A DNA stretch of 64,000 nt from Negaprion brevirostris (lineage: Eukaryota), in the NCBI GenBank assembly GCA_030324005.1, contig JARDVH010000084.1, positions 39,846,585 to 39,910,584 on the forward strand. The letters run 5' to 3'. A program made the translations under genes and the position numbers. This document shows, in pieces, positions 36,438 through 48,450 of the stretch; within the stretch, counting starts at the first letter, position 1; the number at the start of each line of letters is the position of its first letter. Below the pieces are notes generated by a model. It was not told where the DNA came from, did not search any database, and was given only the letters and a program-made list of their open reading frames with translations.

Positions 36438-38084
36438 CTTCCTGAACTGCAGCAGTCCATGTGGTATTGGCGTAGCCACAGTGCTGTTCGGGGAGGATTT
36501 GCAGAATTTTGATGCAGCAACACTGAAGGAACAGTGATATAGTTCCAAGTCAGGATGGTGTGTGGTTGGAAGGGAAGTTGCAGGTGGTAGTGTCCCCATG
36601 CATCTGCTGTCCTCATCCTTCTAGATCACAGAGATCACCAGTTTAGAAAATGCTGTCAAAACAGCCTTGCTGAATTGCGGTTCATATTGCTACAGGAAGC
36701 TATGGAGGTTGGTATCTTTATCGAAGTCAGATAATTCCAACCTTTCCCCTGAACTTTTTTATTTTGCATAGCTGTTACCATATTTATGATACAGGTATTG
36801 GTTTATTTCAAACATTCAAAATATACTTGCATGCTTTGTAGCATTTTGTTTCCTTTATCAAGACTTCCCTCGGAGAATGTAGCTTAAAGACTGATAATAA
36901 AACTCATTATTTACAACAAGCAAAATCAAAAACAGAATGGAAAATCTCTTGCTGTTTTTGCTGTATATACAATGTAACCTATATCTACTATTTTCCATCC
37001 CGTGGTACTGCTCATGGGTAATATGGAACACTACTGCATTGGATAACTAATAATCAGACCTGTCAAACTCACAGCTGCTCCAGGGTANNNNNNNNNNNNN
37101 NNNNNNNNNNNNNNNNNNNNNNNNNNNNNNNNNNNNNNNNNNNNNNNNNNNNNNNNNNNNNNNNNNNNNNNNNNNNNNNNNNNNNNNAGACCTGTCCAAC
37201 TCACAGCTGCTCCTGGGTAAGGAAAAGGTCTAAGTGGGAAGAAAGACCATTAGAGATGAATTAGTATTGCTAGGAGCTTCTGTAAATTGATAACTGTTTG
37301 GTTCTTCTCCTTTAACAATCTAAAAGTCAGAAAAAAAGCACCCCAAAATCACCTGGCTGTTTTCTCTATTTGTATACTTCTTTTTATTGTCTGAATGTAA
37401 TTGTTGGTGTTCTATAAAATATGTAATGTCGGTAGTGTAACATCTGGAGAATGGATGTTACCCTCTCGTCTTTTATATGGATATAGACACATATCTTGGA
37501 GTTCAAAACACTTGCTAATCTTGTTTACTACTACACCTCGGCAATATAGAGTGAAGCCACCCAAAGTTTTAATATTTCCTTTCTTGACAATTCAGCAACA
37601 ACCACCTTCAGAAATTGCTGCCAGACTTATTTCGATCCAAAGTAGTAAACTGAACTGAAGTGCCACAAGCTTCATATTGTATTTCCCAGCGTTCACCTCT
37701 TCCATAACTGAAGGCGTTCAACCTTGCCGGTGTACAGCTCCATACTTATTGTAGCCCCATAGGTCATACAGCTGGAACATTTTTCACACGTGAACCCAGG
37801 CAGCGAATGTCAGCAGCTTGTTCAACCAGGGCACCCTGTTGAATCCAGTGAAGTTATCACCTAATATATACACTTTAGGATATTCAGTGGCTCCTCCATG
37901 GAGGCAAGAGAGTAATTAGTGGGAGTTGTATGAGGGCAGTAGGGGTGAGGGTGGGTGAGGGTGAGTGGGGGGGGGGGGGCGGTTAGTGGGTGATTATTGA
38001 GATATGGGGTCATTGAGGCTGTACAGGTCAGTGGGATAAATATTGGGCATCTGCAAGAAGTTCCTCCTCGTCTTAACAATATTG

Positions 38085-38243
38085 TTATATTTCTATAGTT
38101 CTTGGGGCTAAGGGGATCAAGGAGTATGGGGGGAAGGTGGGATCAGAATATTGAATTTGATGATCAAACAGGATCAAAATGAATGGTGGAGCAGGCTCGA
38201 AGGCACAAATGGCCTACTCCTGCTTCTAGTTTCTATGTTTCTA
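38085..38243 (+). mobile_element. CR1 3' tail
   Basis: 'aaggggatcaaggagtatggggg...gaatggtggagcaggctcgaagg..ggcctactcctgcttctagtttctatgtttcta'. Confidence 0.85.
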
Positions 38244-39233
38244 ACTGACAGGGAATGTTTCCAGGCAGCCTACAGCAGTTTAAGGACCACTGGTTAAGCT
38301 ACCATGTTGAGTTCTACTAAGTTGGACAGACTGAGATCCTAGCTACTTATCAGGATCCAAATTTAAATATATTCCTCTTCCCAGCAGGAGCACCAGTCAC
38401 CTAGATTAATGTCAGTCTGAAAACAGGAAAAATTAGACCTCTAGCAGTCAGCCAGAGTTTTCTCATATATACAAATTGGGTCTCTCTACTGCATGATCGT
38501 GTTCAAACAGGATGGTAGCAAAACAGCAATCAGCTCCAATCTTAAGCATTTATACCTGTGTAAAAAGAATGCAAAAGATTAGATTCAATGGCTCTGACTT
38601 CACAAAGTGCTTGAAGCCAATGATAAGTTTAGGAACAATTGCATTTACTTTTAAGAAACCAGTCATTCACTTCTCCATTCATGTATTAGAAATCTTACTA
38701 AAATATTTAACATTGTATTTTTTTTTAATTTGTAAGAATTGTAAATACAACCAACCCTGACAAAATTGTAGAGAGTAAAAGAGCTATAGAAGTTGCTAAA
38801 ATTACTTGACAAGCTTATGGGATATATTGTGTTGGAAAACCCCATATTTGCATCTAATTAAATCAAAAATTATTTGAGGTATATTTGTCCTTCTCTAAAA
38901 TTACTACTTATTTCGTTTGATTAGGTGTAGCATTCCAGGGTTGTGAGGTTCATTCCTCCAAAAGTATTTCTGACTCCTTCACCTTTAGTTTAAGCATTCC
39001 AGTGCCACATTCTGTCTGCAGCCATGGAAACAAGCACATGTCCTGCTCTCAGTCCACTGCCAATGTCAGTCGTAAACTGTCCATGTTTCCAACAAGGCTT
39101 GTGGATGATTCTCCTGCCAGCTTTATTTCCTCTCCTGTGGCAAAGCACCTAGTCTCCTCAAAATAACATGGCTAAGACCTATTATGTGCAGGAATTCCAA
39201 ATATGAGCTCATGTTGTACATTCGCATTCCAAC

Positions 39234-39330
39234 TCAAGAAGTTGCTATTTCATTTAACGTTTCCTCACAAACATTACATTGGCAAAAGAAGGTTGGAAGT
39301 TCCTCAAAGTTCCTCATCTCCATCAACGAT
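39234..39330 (-). CDS. Weak candidate terminal coding exon of an unidentified gene
   Basis: Acceptor 'ttttaatatgatttccag'. Phase-2 reading SLMEMRNFEELPTFFCQCNVCEETLNEIATS* (phase 0 gives IVDGDEEL*). AATAAA on the minus strand at 39127-39122. No homology recognised. Confidence 0.2.
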
Positions 39331-40654
39331 CTGGAAATCATATTAAAACGATATTTCTTTTGTTACTAGCACTGCCATTTGCAGTGTGATTTTTTTTTCC
39401 ACCCAACTGTCATACCACACAAATTATTGCAAAGCGTTTAATGGCAGAATTGCCATTGGCGTGCAGTCATCAGCAGAGAACAGCAAATCCATAATTCTGT
39501 TGGAGGACTGGCCACAAAGCTACACATATACTTCAACTACAGCCACATAATACAAGGATCATAAACAAATATTCCTTATTATACTTAACTTAGGGTGCTA
39601 GGGTCATTAAATTTTAAGTAGTTATGAAATCTGGCCACAGAGTGTAGAATTTAATAAAAGTCCAACCTTACTTATATTGCTGGTAACCCTGATTTTCTAA
39701 AATACCTATGGATAACCAGTAGCAAAACACCTTACTCCTGTCTAGCAAACTGTAGGAAAAAAACCTTGCCTTGCTCCTGGAACGGCATTGATAATGTTAA
39801 ACTTTCTTGTCTTTCACAAATCAATGATTTTGCAGCACAATGGTTGACAATCTGTGAGTGAGACCTCAGTTTTTGCCCCAACAACTCAAGACCTGATGCA
39901 GTTATGCCTCAAAGTCCAGTATTTATAGTATCTTCTAAATGCAGTTCCTTGTAGTTTTGGAATTTAATCCTGGGCTGTGTTGTGACCTTAAATCCATTAC
40001 TTCCATGTAAAAATTCAAATGCAGAACTAACCATCTTTTACTGAGTATATTTCTTGGAGTGCTTTTGTGAACTACGCAAAATCTCTGACTTGGCATTCAG
40101 CAGCCTAACAACATTTCTCCACAACTTTCTGTACCCAATAAGCACCACGAAGTGAAGTGGTCTTTGTTAGAATTATTTCTATTGTTGCAGAACCTACAAT
40201 GTGATTTTTTTACTAAAATATTGCGGTCTGCTTAAAGTTGCAAAATGTCAAATTTTATGGAGTCCATCAATGCTAGAATGCTTCAATGGTTACAGATGTC
40301 TTCACCAGAGTGAAACCAAAAAAAATTGTAGCTGTAGAACTGGACTTTTTTGACTATCTCCTATGAATGCAGGAAAATTGAACCCCAAATTATACTTTTG
40401 ATAATTGTGGCAGAATTGGGGTCTGGAATGCCATATGAATGTTGATGCAATGCAAGAACCTCAAAGTATTATCAGATCATGCCACAAAACATACATTTGA
40501 TGTAGAAAACACAAAGGAGATCAGGAAAAAAGATTTAAGTCAATAAGGTACACAAAGTATCACTATAATATTCTAGTTATTACTGTCAATAGTCATTGGA
40601 TTTTGATGTCATCAGGATGACGGAAATACTTGAAACCAAACATAGCTCAAAGAT

Positions 40655-40925
40655 TAGAACCCCGACTTTCAGCAGTGACGTTGGGAAACGCTTCTTCACA
40701 CAGCAGGTGATAGACATTTAGAACTCTCTTCTGCAGGCAACAGTTGATCAGGGACAATTTTTAATTTTAAATCTGAGATTGGTATATTTATAGTTAACCA
40801 AATGTGTTAGGAGATACTGGGGAAAAGGCGGATATATGGAGCTAGGTACAGATAGCCATGTTCTCAACGAATGACAGAACAGGCTCAAAGGGCTTTGTGG
40901 CCTATTCCTGTTCCTGTGCTCCTAA
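40655..40925 (+). mobile_element. CR1 3' end, older
   Basis: 'ttcttcacacagcaggtgatagacatttagaactctcttc' and tail 'gaacaggctcaaagggc..ggcctattcctgttcct'. Confidence 0.75.
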
Positions 40926-42716
40926 TTATAAAGTTGCAACTCCATGATTATCCTTCTCCAGTTGATAGGTCGGTGGACAACCAGACATTAGTTCAAGAAA
41001 GTGGTTGACTGGAACTCTCGCCAGATATCTTTATTAGATTTACAGCTGGAATTTTATCATAATTTATCCTGCAGCCTATTTTAAATTATGTACAGCCTTC
41101 CTGCTTTGACTTATTTGCTCATTTTATTGGCTTTACAGTCAAAATATTCCCCTGCGTCTATAAATGGCTACTCTTGGTGGCACAAGCTTTTGAGTTCTAG
41201 AATGATAGCCATGCTCTGGAATTCCAGCTCAGCCAGATTGGTCAGACATGAGTTTAATTCCACCATTTTCCACATTGCGATCTCAATTTCCATTTACTGA
41301 AAAGACACTGAACAGAGATTTAGTTCATACTTAAATTTAGTTTAATTTAAAACAGATTTTCCCACAAAAAAAACCATCAAAATATGAAATTCATCTCAGA
41401 CTGCACTTTTGCAAGTTGTTTCGCTGTCAGTGTAAGTTCAAAGTCTATGGATGGTGCACATCCTGAGGAGACCCTGAAAGGGCTAGAAAGTCAAAAAGAA
41501 ACTAAAAATAACCTAATACATAGCTTATTTCAAAACAGGAAAAAGAAACTCATCTCATATTAAAAATTGCAGGAAAAAAGGGAAGGTGGAAGACGTTGGA
41601 TTTGCACGTCAAATTGGACGAAAAGATGACCAAGTGACTCACAAAATGGTTTGTGCCAGAGATCTGAGTCAAATTCAGTTTTAGGCCTTGTTTAAATGCT
41701 ACCAGTAAGCTACATCCCCAATCAGTCATCTCACTCCAGTTTACCCATTGGGGAGGGTGTGACATCAGCTCGTTCTCATGTAAAAGTCGGCAGCACAGAG
41801 GTGGGGACATATTTGAATGTTCCAACTCCAGGCTAGAGTACAACCTGAAAATCTCTTGAATGTTTTATGAGCAGCTTCCAAACAGGCTGTGTAAAACATG
41901 ATATAACTAGATGAATTATGGTCCATAAAAGCTCCTTCCATTGGTACCTAATTTCCACATTTCAAATCCAATGATGGGCAGGGCATTCTGATTTGCAAGG
42001 TTTTAGTCTTTTCAGGTGGGCAGCTGGATGACTGAAGTTGCCTGAGCCATTACGACAACTGGTACATTTTGGTTCAAATGTATCATAACACAAAATTCAA
42101 CAGCGTAGCATCCAACAACGGATGCAAAACAGGTGGCCGTAAGTTGAATTTCTCCCCCAAGAAATGACATCCACTATGAGTTTACCAGCTGCCCTAACAC
42201 TGCCAGTTAATGATTTATGTTTATTTACTTCACCAGACCTATTTATATATGAATATTTTTACCATCACAAGGGCCACTGAGCAAACTAGTTTGCAGTGAG
42301 CTCTTCAGCTGGTTAAAATAGAGCATAGAGGTAAACACTGTTTCACAACTGCAAGCACAGACTTGCCACTAATGGTGCATTTAAACTACTAATTAAGCTG
42401 TTTAAGCAGTCTGCAGAAATGCGCGTCCCTGACAGGCATTCACCTCACCATGTTCCCTGGCCAGACTGACTGAAATGGGACTCCATCTACATTACAGAAC
42501 AAGTCATTTTACAGTCTGAGTCCTTCGCTGGGACCTATCTGGGGCACACGCTCATCTGAAACTTTATAAAAAGTTGCGATAAAAACAATACCAAATAAAC
42601 TTGCCTTTAGACCGTGTTTAAGAGCCAAGGGAATGAATTAACATTTCGCAATAGATATGGCTAGATGTTACATCTGCTTTTTATATGAGGTGAATAAAGA
42701 CTTTCAAATACTGCTC

Positions 42717-43035
42717 ATCAGCACAGCGGCACAATGATTATCACTGCTGTCTCACAGCGCCAGGGACCCGGGTTCGATTCCAGCTTTGGGTGACTGTCTA
42801 AGCAGAGTCTGCACATTCTCCCCATATCTGCATGGGGTTTCCTCTGAATGCTCCAGTTTCCTCCCCGACTCCAGAGATCTGTAGGATAGGTTGCCATGCT
42901 AAATTATCCCTTAGTGTCAGGGAAATTAGCAGGGTAAATACATGGGGTTACAGGGGGTAGGATCTGGGTGAGATTGTTGTTAGTGCTGGCATGATGAACC
43001 GAATAGCCTCCTTCTGCACTGTCGGGATTCTACAA
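42717..43035 (+). mobile_element. HE1 V-SINE, full length
   Basis: B box GGGTTCGATTCC, V-domain, and CR1-type tail 'gaccgaatagcctccttctgcactgtcgggattcta'-like. Confidence 0.9.
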
Positions 43036-43735
43036 TGAATGTTTCAGGCTCATTTAAAAAAAGTATTAATTGCAAATTACAAATCTTGATATATTTTGAA
43101 GTTGATGATTTGTGGCACATATGCAAGGATACTTAGTAGTGGAGCAAAAAGTTCTCTCATGAGTAATGTTTGAATTAAGGAAGTTGTCAAGCTGTTAAAT
43201 ATGTGGATTGAATTTTCACATCACTGTCAGCTATCTTCATGTTTAATACATTTTTGTCCCAAATTATTATGGTCTCAAAGTCTGATAGGCTGTGCACAAT
43301 AACACCTTTCACCAGGAGGGCAGGATAGAATGCCCCAATAAGTTATTCATGGCTACCATCACTGGAGCTTCATAATTGATTTGACTTATACGAGTTCAGC
43401 TGGACAAGATCAGTTTTGTGTTTGATTATAATGCTGACATGCCATAACAGAAGACAAAGTCGATTTGTACTGAGGTCATAGGATCCAACCTCACCAGCAT
43501 TGCTTCATCTTACGGTGGGGGAGGGATAGGTAGGGGAAATAGTTCCCATATTGGTATGCTGAAATAAAGAGGCTCCAGATACAGTTAAAAAAATGACTTT
43601 AATTACATCTGATTTAAACAGTAGTAATTAATTGGCTAAATTGGGTGCAGCTACAGGGATTTTACTATGTAGGTGAGATCGTGGAAGTTTATACACTTGT
43701 TTATCACATTGTGTAGTTAACAATTAAGCATGTGA

Positions 43736-43940
43736 CAGAGGCAAAATATTGCATATGCTGGAAGCTGAAACAAAACCAGAAAACGCTGGAAAATCTCAGC
43801 AGATCTGCCAGCATCTGTGGAGAGAATAGAACCAACATTGAGAGTCAGATGAATCATCCTGTCTCAAACTGTTGGCTTTCTTCCTATAGTTGCTGTCTGA
43901 CCTGCTGTGATTTTTCAGCATTTTCTGCTTTTGTTTCCAC
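43736..43940. mobile_element. Penelope-derived fold-back mini-element
   Basis: Left arm 'gaaacaaaaccagaaaacgctggaaaatctcagcagatctgccagcatctgtggag' pairs with right arm 'ctatagttgctgtctgacctgctgtgatttttcagcattttctgcttttgtttc'. Confidence 0.7.
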
Positions 43941-44809
43941 CTCCCTTCCTCTCCCTAGTCACAAGGAACTTTTGAATATTAGGATATCCACTGCTCCCTT
44001 TTATCAGACCCATGTGTCCAAGATAATAGAACCTTGAATCTATTTATTAGGGGATGGAACAATTGGTTCCACAATGTAGATGTGTCAGTCAGTGACCCTA
44101 AAATAATATAATAATGGACCCAAGCCACAGTGCACGCAGGAGTCACCCTGATTTGGTAACGTGATTAAAAAAAGGCAAAATTATGCCCAAAACATGCAAG
44201 GCAGCTTGACCGTGATGAATGCTATGATGAAGTCAAGTTGGTTACAGAGAATTTGAAAATTGAAAAGGGACCATGTAATAAGTCTATCTTTGCATAGTTG
44301 AATTTGGTTATTAAATTGAGAATAGGTAAGGGACTGAAATAGAAGTACTTTTGGAAGTGAGCATGAATAGAAAGAATGGAACTGTCAAATTAATTACAGG
44401 TTAGCTGACTGACAAATTCAATTTTTAATCATTTTCAATCTGCCCAGAAGTGTCTTTTCTCACCCCAAACCTTTTGTGCAAAAATACTGTCCTACAGCCA
44501 TTTTTTCATAAATTCACAGGTGATACAATTCAACTTTTTTTAAAAAAATAAGCTTTTATTGGATTTAAAATGTCTGTTGTTTCTACATTTTACACAGCTA
44601 TATTTATTCATTGTATATAAACGCATTCTTGCCACATTTAACTAATTTCAATGTTTTTACACGGGCATTTAATCTGCTGAAGCATGCTTTCACTTTATAC
44701 AATGGTAGACTTCTGGAGTCCAACATTCACAGTTGATAGAAAAGGTAACAAATAGGTTAACAATGAGAGTTTGCTTGTCAGCAGGAAAAATATATTTGCC
44801 TCACAAAAG

Positions 44810-45205
44810 AACTTCTTTATTCATTTGTGGGTGTTGCTAGTTGGCCAGCAGTTATTGCCCATCCCCAGTTGCCCCTGGAGGGGCAATCACATTGCTGTGG
44901 CTCTGGAGTACACATATAGGTTAGATCAGGTAAGGAAGGCAGATTTCCTTCCCTAACGGACATTAGTGAACCAGATGAGCTTTTCTCATGTCTCACAAAT
45001 GAATGAAAAAGTTATTTTGTGAGGCAAAGATATTTTTCCTGCTGACAATGGTTTCATGGTCATCAGTAGATTCTAAATTCCAGATTTGTTTTGCAAATTT
45101 CACCACGTTCTCCTGTCGCAGGATTCGAACCTGGGCCCCCAGAACATTACCTGAAATTCTGGATTAATAGTCTAATGATAATACCACTGGGCCATCACCT
45201 CTCCT
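44810..45205 (-). mobile_element. tRNA-derived SINE sharing its 3' tail with the L2/CR1-group LINE
   Basis: Minus head 'ggagaggtgatggcccagtggtattatc..ggttcgaatcc'. The tail 'ggggcaactggggatgggcaataactgctggcc' resembles 22313-22380. Confidence 0.8.
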
Positions 45206-45776
45206 AACAATCAGCAAACAACCTATTTCTATACTGCAGGCAACTATCAAGTACACAAATGAGACTTCTGGCTAAATATTTACAAATTTCCCAAGTTAAT
45301 TTTATCAAATTGCTATTATCACAGGGAAGGAAAAAAACAAAATATATTTGTTGTAATCATAACTTTGAAATGTATGAAAACTTTTAAATTATAAATATGC
45401 CATAGTGAAATGTCAGAATGCTATTTATTTTGTCCTTTTTTAAGATTTAGCCACAAATCTTTATCACAATTTGTCTCATGCTGGTCAGCCAGCCAGCAAC
45501 CTGCACTGAACTTTAACAAATCTCTTGTTTACATTAAACAATCTAAAATTTACAGTTTAACTGATGCAGTCAATGCTCTCCTGCAGGATGTCCTTGGAAG
45601 CAAAGTGCAGGGCCCATGGTGTGTCCCACAGCTGAAAAAAAGCAACACGTCTTCAGGGAAACACAAAATGAGAAACACCAGATTACAGACCTGCTTCACT
45701 GTGGCTCCATCCAAAGGAAACAGAGAGACCACAGATTGTATTAGTTTCAGTTGATAAGCCAAGTAACGGACACAAA

Positions 45777-46540
45777 GGGCAGAATTCTCCCAAAAAAAAC
45801 CGACTAAATGTCAGAATGGCATGAATAACAGAGAGATCTGAGCTGGTCTCAGGTGCGCTCTGTACCCCAATCCGCACACACTCAGACTTTTTTGGAGAGT
45901 TGGGAGCTTTGCACTGCTACTGGGGTGGGGGCAAGGGTAAGACACATTAAAGTACCAGTCCAGCTTCAGAGCACTTGGGTACCATTTTGTAAGGGCATCC
46001 AGATCTCTCCGTGTACTTGGAGACACCTCCATCCCCCTCACCCCCCCCCCCCCCCCATGGACGTCAGACACACCCCATCCTACCCCCACACAGTAGCATG
46101 TTTCTCCATTCCACCCCCNNNNNNNNNNNNNNNNNNNNNNNNNNNNNNNNNNNNNNNNNNNNNNNNNNNNNNNNNNNNNNNNNNNNNNNNNNNNNNNNNN
46201 NNNNNNNNNNNNNNNNNNCAATTGCCTTGGAGCCCCCTGGCCTGGCCATCGTACCAGATCTCCTCTGGCGAAGGCCAGTAGTGATTCTCACAATTCGCGT
46301 GTCGGGCCTGAACCCCGTGCGCTGGGAGTCGAACGGGCTATGCATATTTAAATGTTATTTTAAATATGCCATTCGGGCTCAAGCCCTTTCTGGGTACCAT
46401 CCTGTTTGCAGCATTAGAAAGGAGGCTGGTAGGATCACGAACTGTTTGCAGTCGGGTGCAACATTGATTTTTAGGCCCACACGTTATTCCCTGGGATCAG
46501 CGTGTTCTGAGCCAGGCATGGCGAGGTCAGATTATCACAT
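45777..46540. mobile_element. Non-autonomous Harbinger-type element
   Basis: Left TIR GGGCAGAATTCTCCC at 45777. Interior 'tatgcatatttaaatgttattttaaatatg' is shared with 63735-63770. Right end approximate. Confidence 0.6.
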
Positions 46541-47030
46541 TCAATATTCACAAATTGTAACATACATTCTTCACTTTGGGTGGCTATTTGACTAATCATG
46601 GTCTTCAGGCAGGTAATCCTTAGCCAATTTGCCAAGCCAGTGACATAATTCATTATCAGGGCAGCTTTAGTCTATCTTCTCTAATTAGTCTTCCTCAGAC
46701 ACTTGATCTCTCAACAGGCAAGTATCAGCACTAATGGTTGATACAGAGTACAAGAACTGGGCCAATGTTGCTTTTCATATCCAAACACATGGTCTGACAC
46801 AAGTCAAGTAAAATTAGTCTGGGGAAAAAAGGTATTGAGATAAAAAGGTTTTCCCCATAATAGAAATGTGCACATTTCTGTCCATATTTTCACAGGCTAA
46901 GGTTTTGCATCCCAAATTCAAAGGTCATACAGTAATGACATCAACATCATTTTATGCTTCCATCTTGTATGAACTGTCAGTGTTGACTTGGTTCTTTACA
47001 CACTCCCTCCTCTCCCTTCTCAACATCCTT

Positions 47031-47350
47031 GGGGCAGCACAGTGGCACAGGGGTTAGCACGGCTATCTCACAGCACCAGGGACCCAGGTTCGATTCCCGG
47101 CTTGAGTCTCCGTTGTGTGGCGTTTACATATTCTCTGCATGGGTTTCCTCCAGGTGCTCCAGTTTCCTCCCACAGTCGAAAGATGTGTGGGTTAGCATGG
47201 CTAATCCACCTAAATTGCCCCTTAGTATCAGGGGGACTAGTTAGGGTAAATAAATAGGGTTGTGGGGATAGGGCCTGGGTGAGACTGTGGTCGGTGCAAA
47301 CTCGACGGGCCAAGTGGCCTCCTTCTACACCGTAGGATTCTATGATTCTA
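47031..47350 (+). mobile_element. HE1 V-SINE, full length
   Basis: GGGGCAGCACAGTGGCACAG head, GGTTCGATTCCC, and tail 'gggccaagtggcctccttctacaccgtaggattctatgattcta'. Confidence 0.92.
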
Positions 47351-47863
47351 AAGTTAAACCGATTAAGTCCCACACAATCTTGTGTAACATCATCCATAAG
47401 GATCAATACCTGGCTTGTTGCCACAGAATTCTTATCATACCAAAGAAATCCATCTTTGGTACAACAATAATAAAGAGAACGGCTCCTGTTTCCTCTCCAG
47501 GAGGGACAGGCAATCTGGTTTTTGGAGCCAGATTGTCATGTCCTAAAGTTCAGATACTATCTCTTTCTTATTCTGAACCATGGGATATAATACATGGGCA
47601 GGAGCAGCTGCCCATACACACTATCTCTTCCATAGATTTCAATGGAAGAGAACATCAAGGTGACTTGTGTAATGGGCAATATTTCTGTTACCAGTTTTTT
47701 TGAACCTCCAACAATGCTGAATTTTATCTATGTTTCCTGAACCACAGAGATAACTTGTAAAACAATTTTAAGTTGCAATATTTTCAGATTTACCAGAATT
47801 GCAAATGCTCCCGACATGCAATTTCCATGCAACCAGGATCTGCACGGCGATTAACAATTCCAA

Positions 47864-48450
47864 GGGCAGAATTTTAGGTTGTTCGAGTGGGTGGCCCATT
47901 AAGTGGAAGCACAGAAAATCAGGTGCGAGACCATCGGATGCAAATCCCAATGCCCTCATACACTCGTGCAATATTTCGGTCCGCGGGCGAGCGCGAGAAT
48001 CAGAAGAGCACCCACCCACAATCAGCAGGCAACTCAGCCCATTAAAGGGCCACTTTAATGCAATTTTGCATGGCCTGTCTTATTTTATGGTTGTCAGACA
48101 AGCCGATTGGCCCGGCCGCCTTAACGTTTTAGCTGCAACCTCGATCCAGACTGAGATAAAGTGTCTGGGGATTGCGGCTTGTACTTGAACATACTGCCTC
48201 GATGCTCTTTGCAGCAATTTCTTTTTGCAGGTCTTTGGTGACCTGAGAAAGGTCCACAGCCGCTGTCCTCTGAGGGAACACGTTAGAAGCGCAAAACTGC
48301 ATCCTCCCTTTTCTCAGCGCTCAACTCTTCTCGTCCTCTCCAGCAGCGTTGAGCCTTTCCCAGTGTGCATTTCACGCTGGTCGCTCATTAATTGGCCAGC
48401 CAATGTAATTTGACAGTTCGCTAGTGGGAGGCAAAATCCAAGTGCACTCA
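47864..48450. mobile_element. Harbinger-like non-autonomous element
   Basis: Left end GGGCAGAATTTT and a CpG-rich interior. Right end not resolved. Confidence 0.5.

Larger units (their letters stand above)
35127..36690 (-). mobile_element. Older L2/CR1-group LINE 3' end hosting two nested insertions
   Basis: 35127-35387 and 36438-36690 are the reverse complement of the 22040-22385 family ('gaaggaacagtgatatagttccaagtcaggatggtgtgtggttggaagggaa'). Confidence 0.75.

Noticed and set aside
37056-37219. 32-bp near-identical repeat across a gap (also 54768-54923)
   Set aside because: Most likely unmerged contig or haplotype ends. It cannot be separated from a real tandem duplication without reads.
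41644-41844. Minus-strand AG..GT-bounded open frame (97-aa ORF)
   Set aside because: Short pyrimidine tract, poor exonic donor context, and a peptide with no recognisable features.
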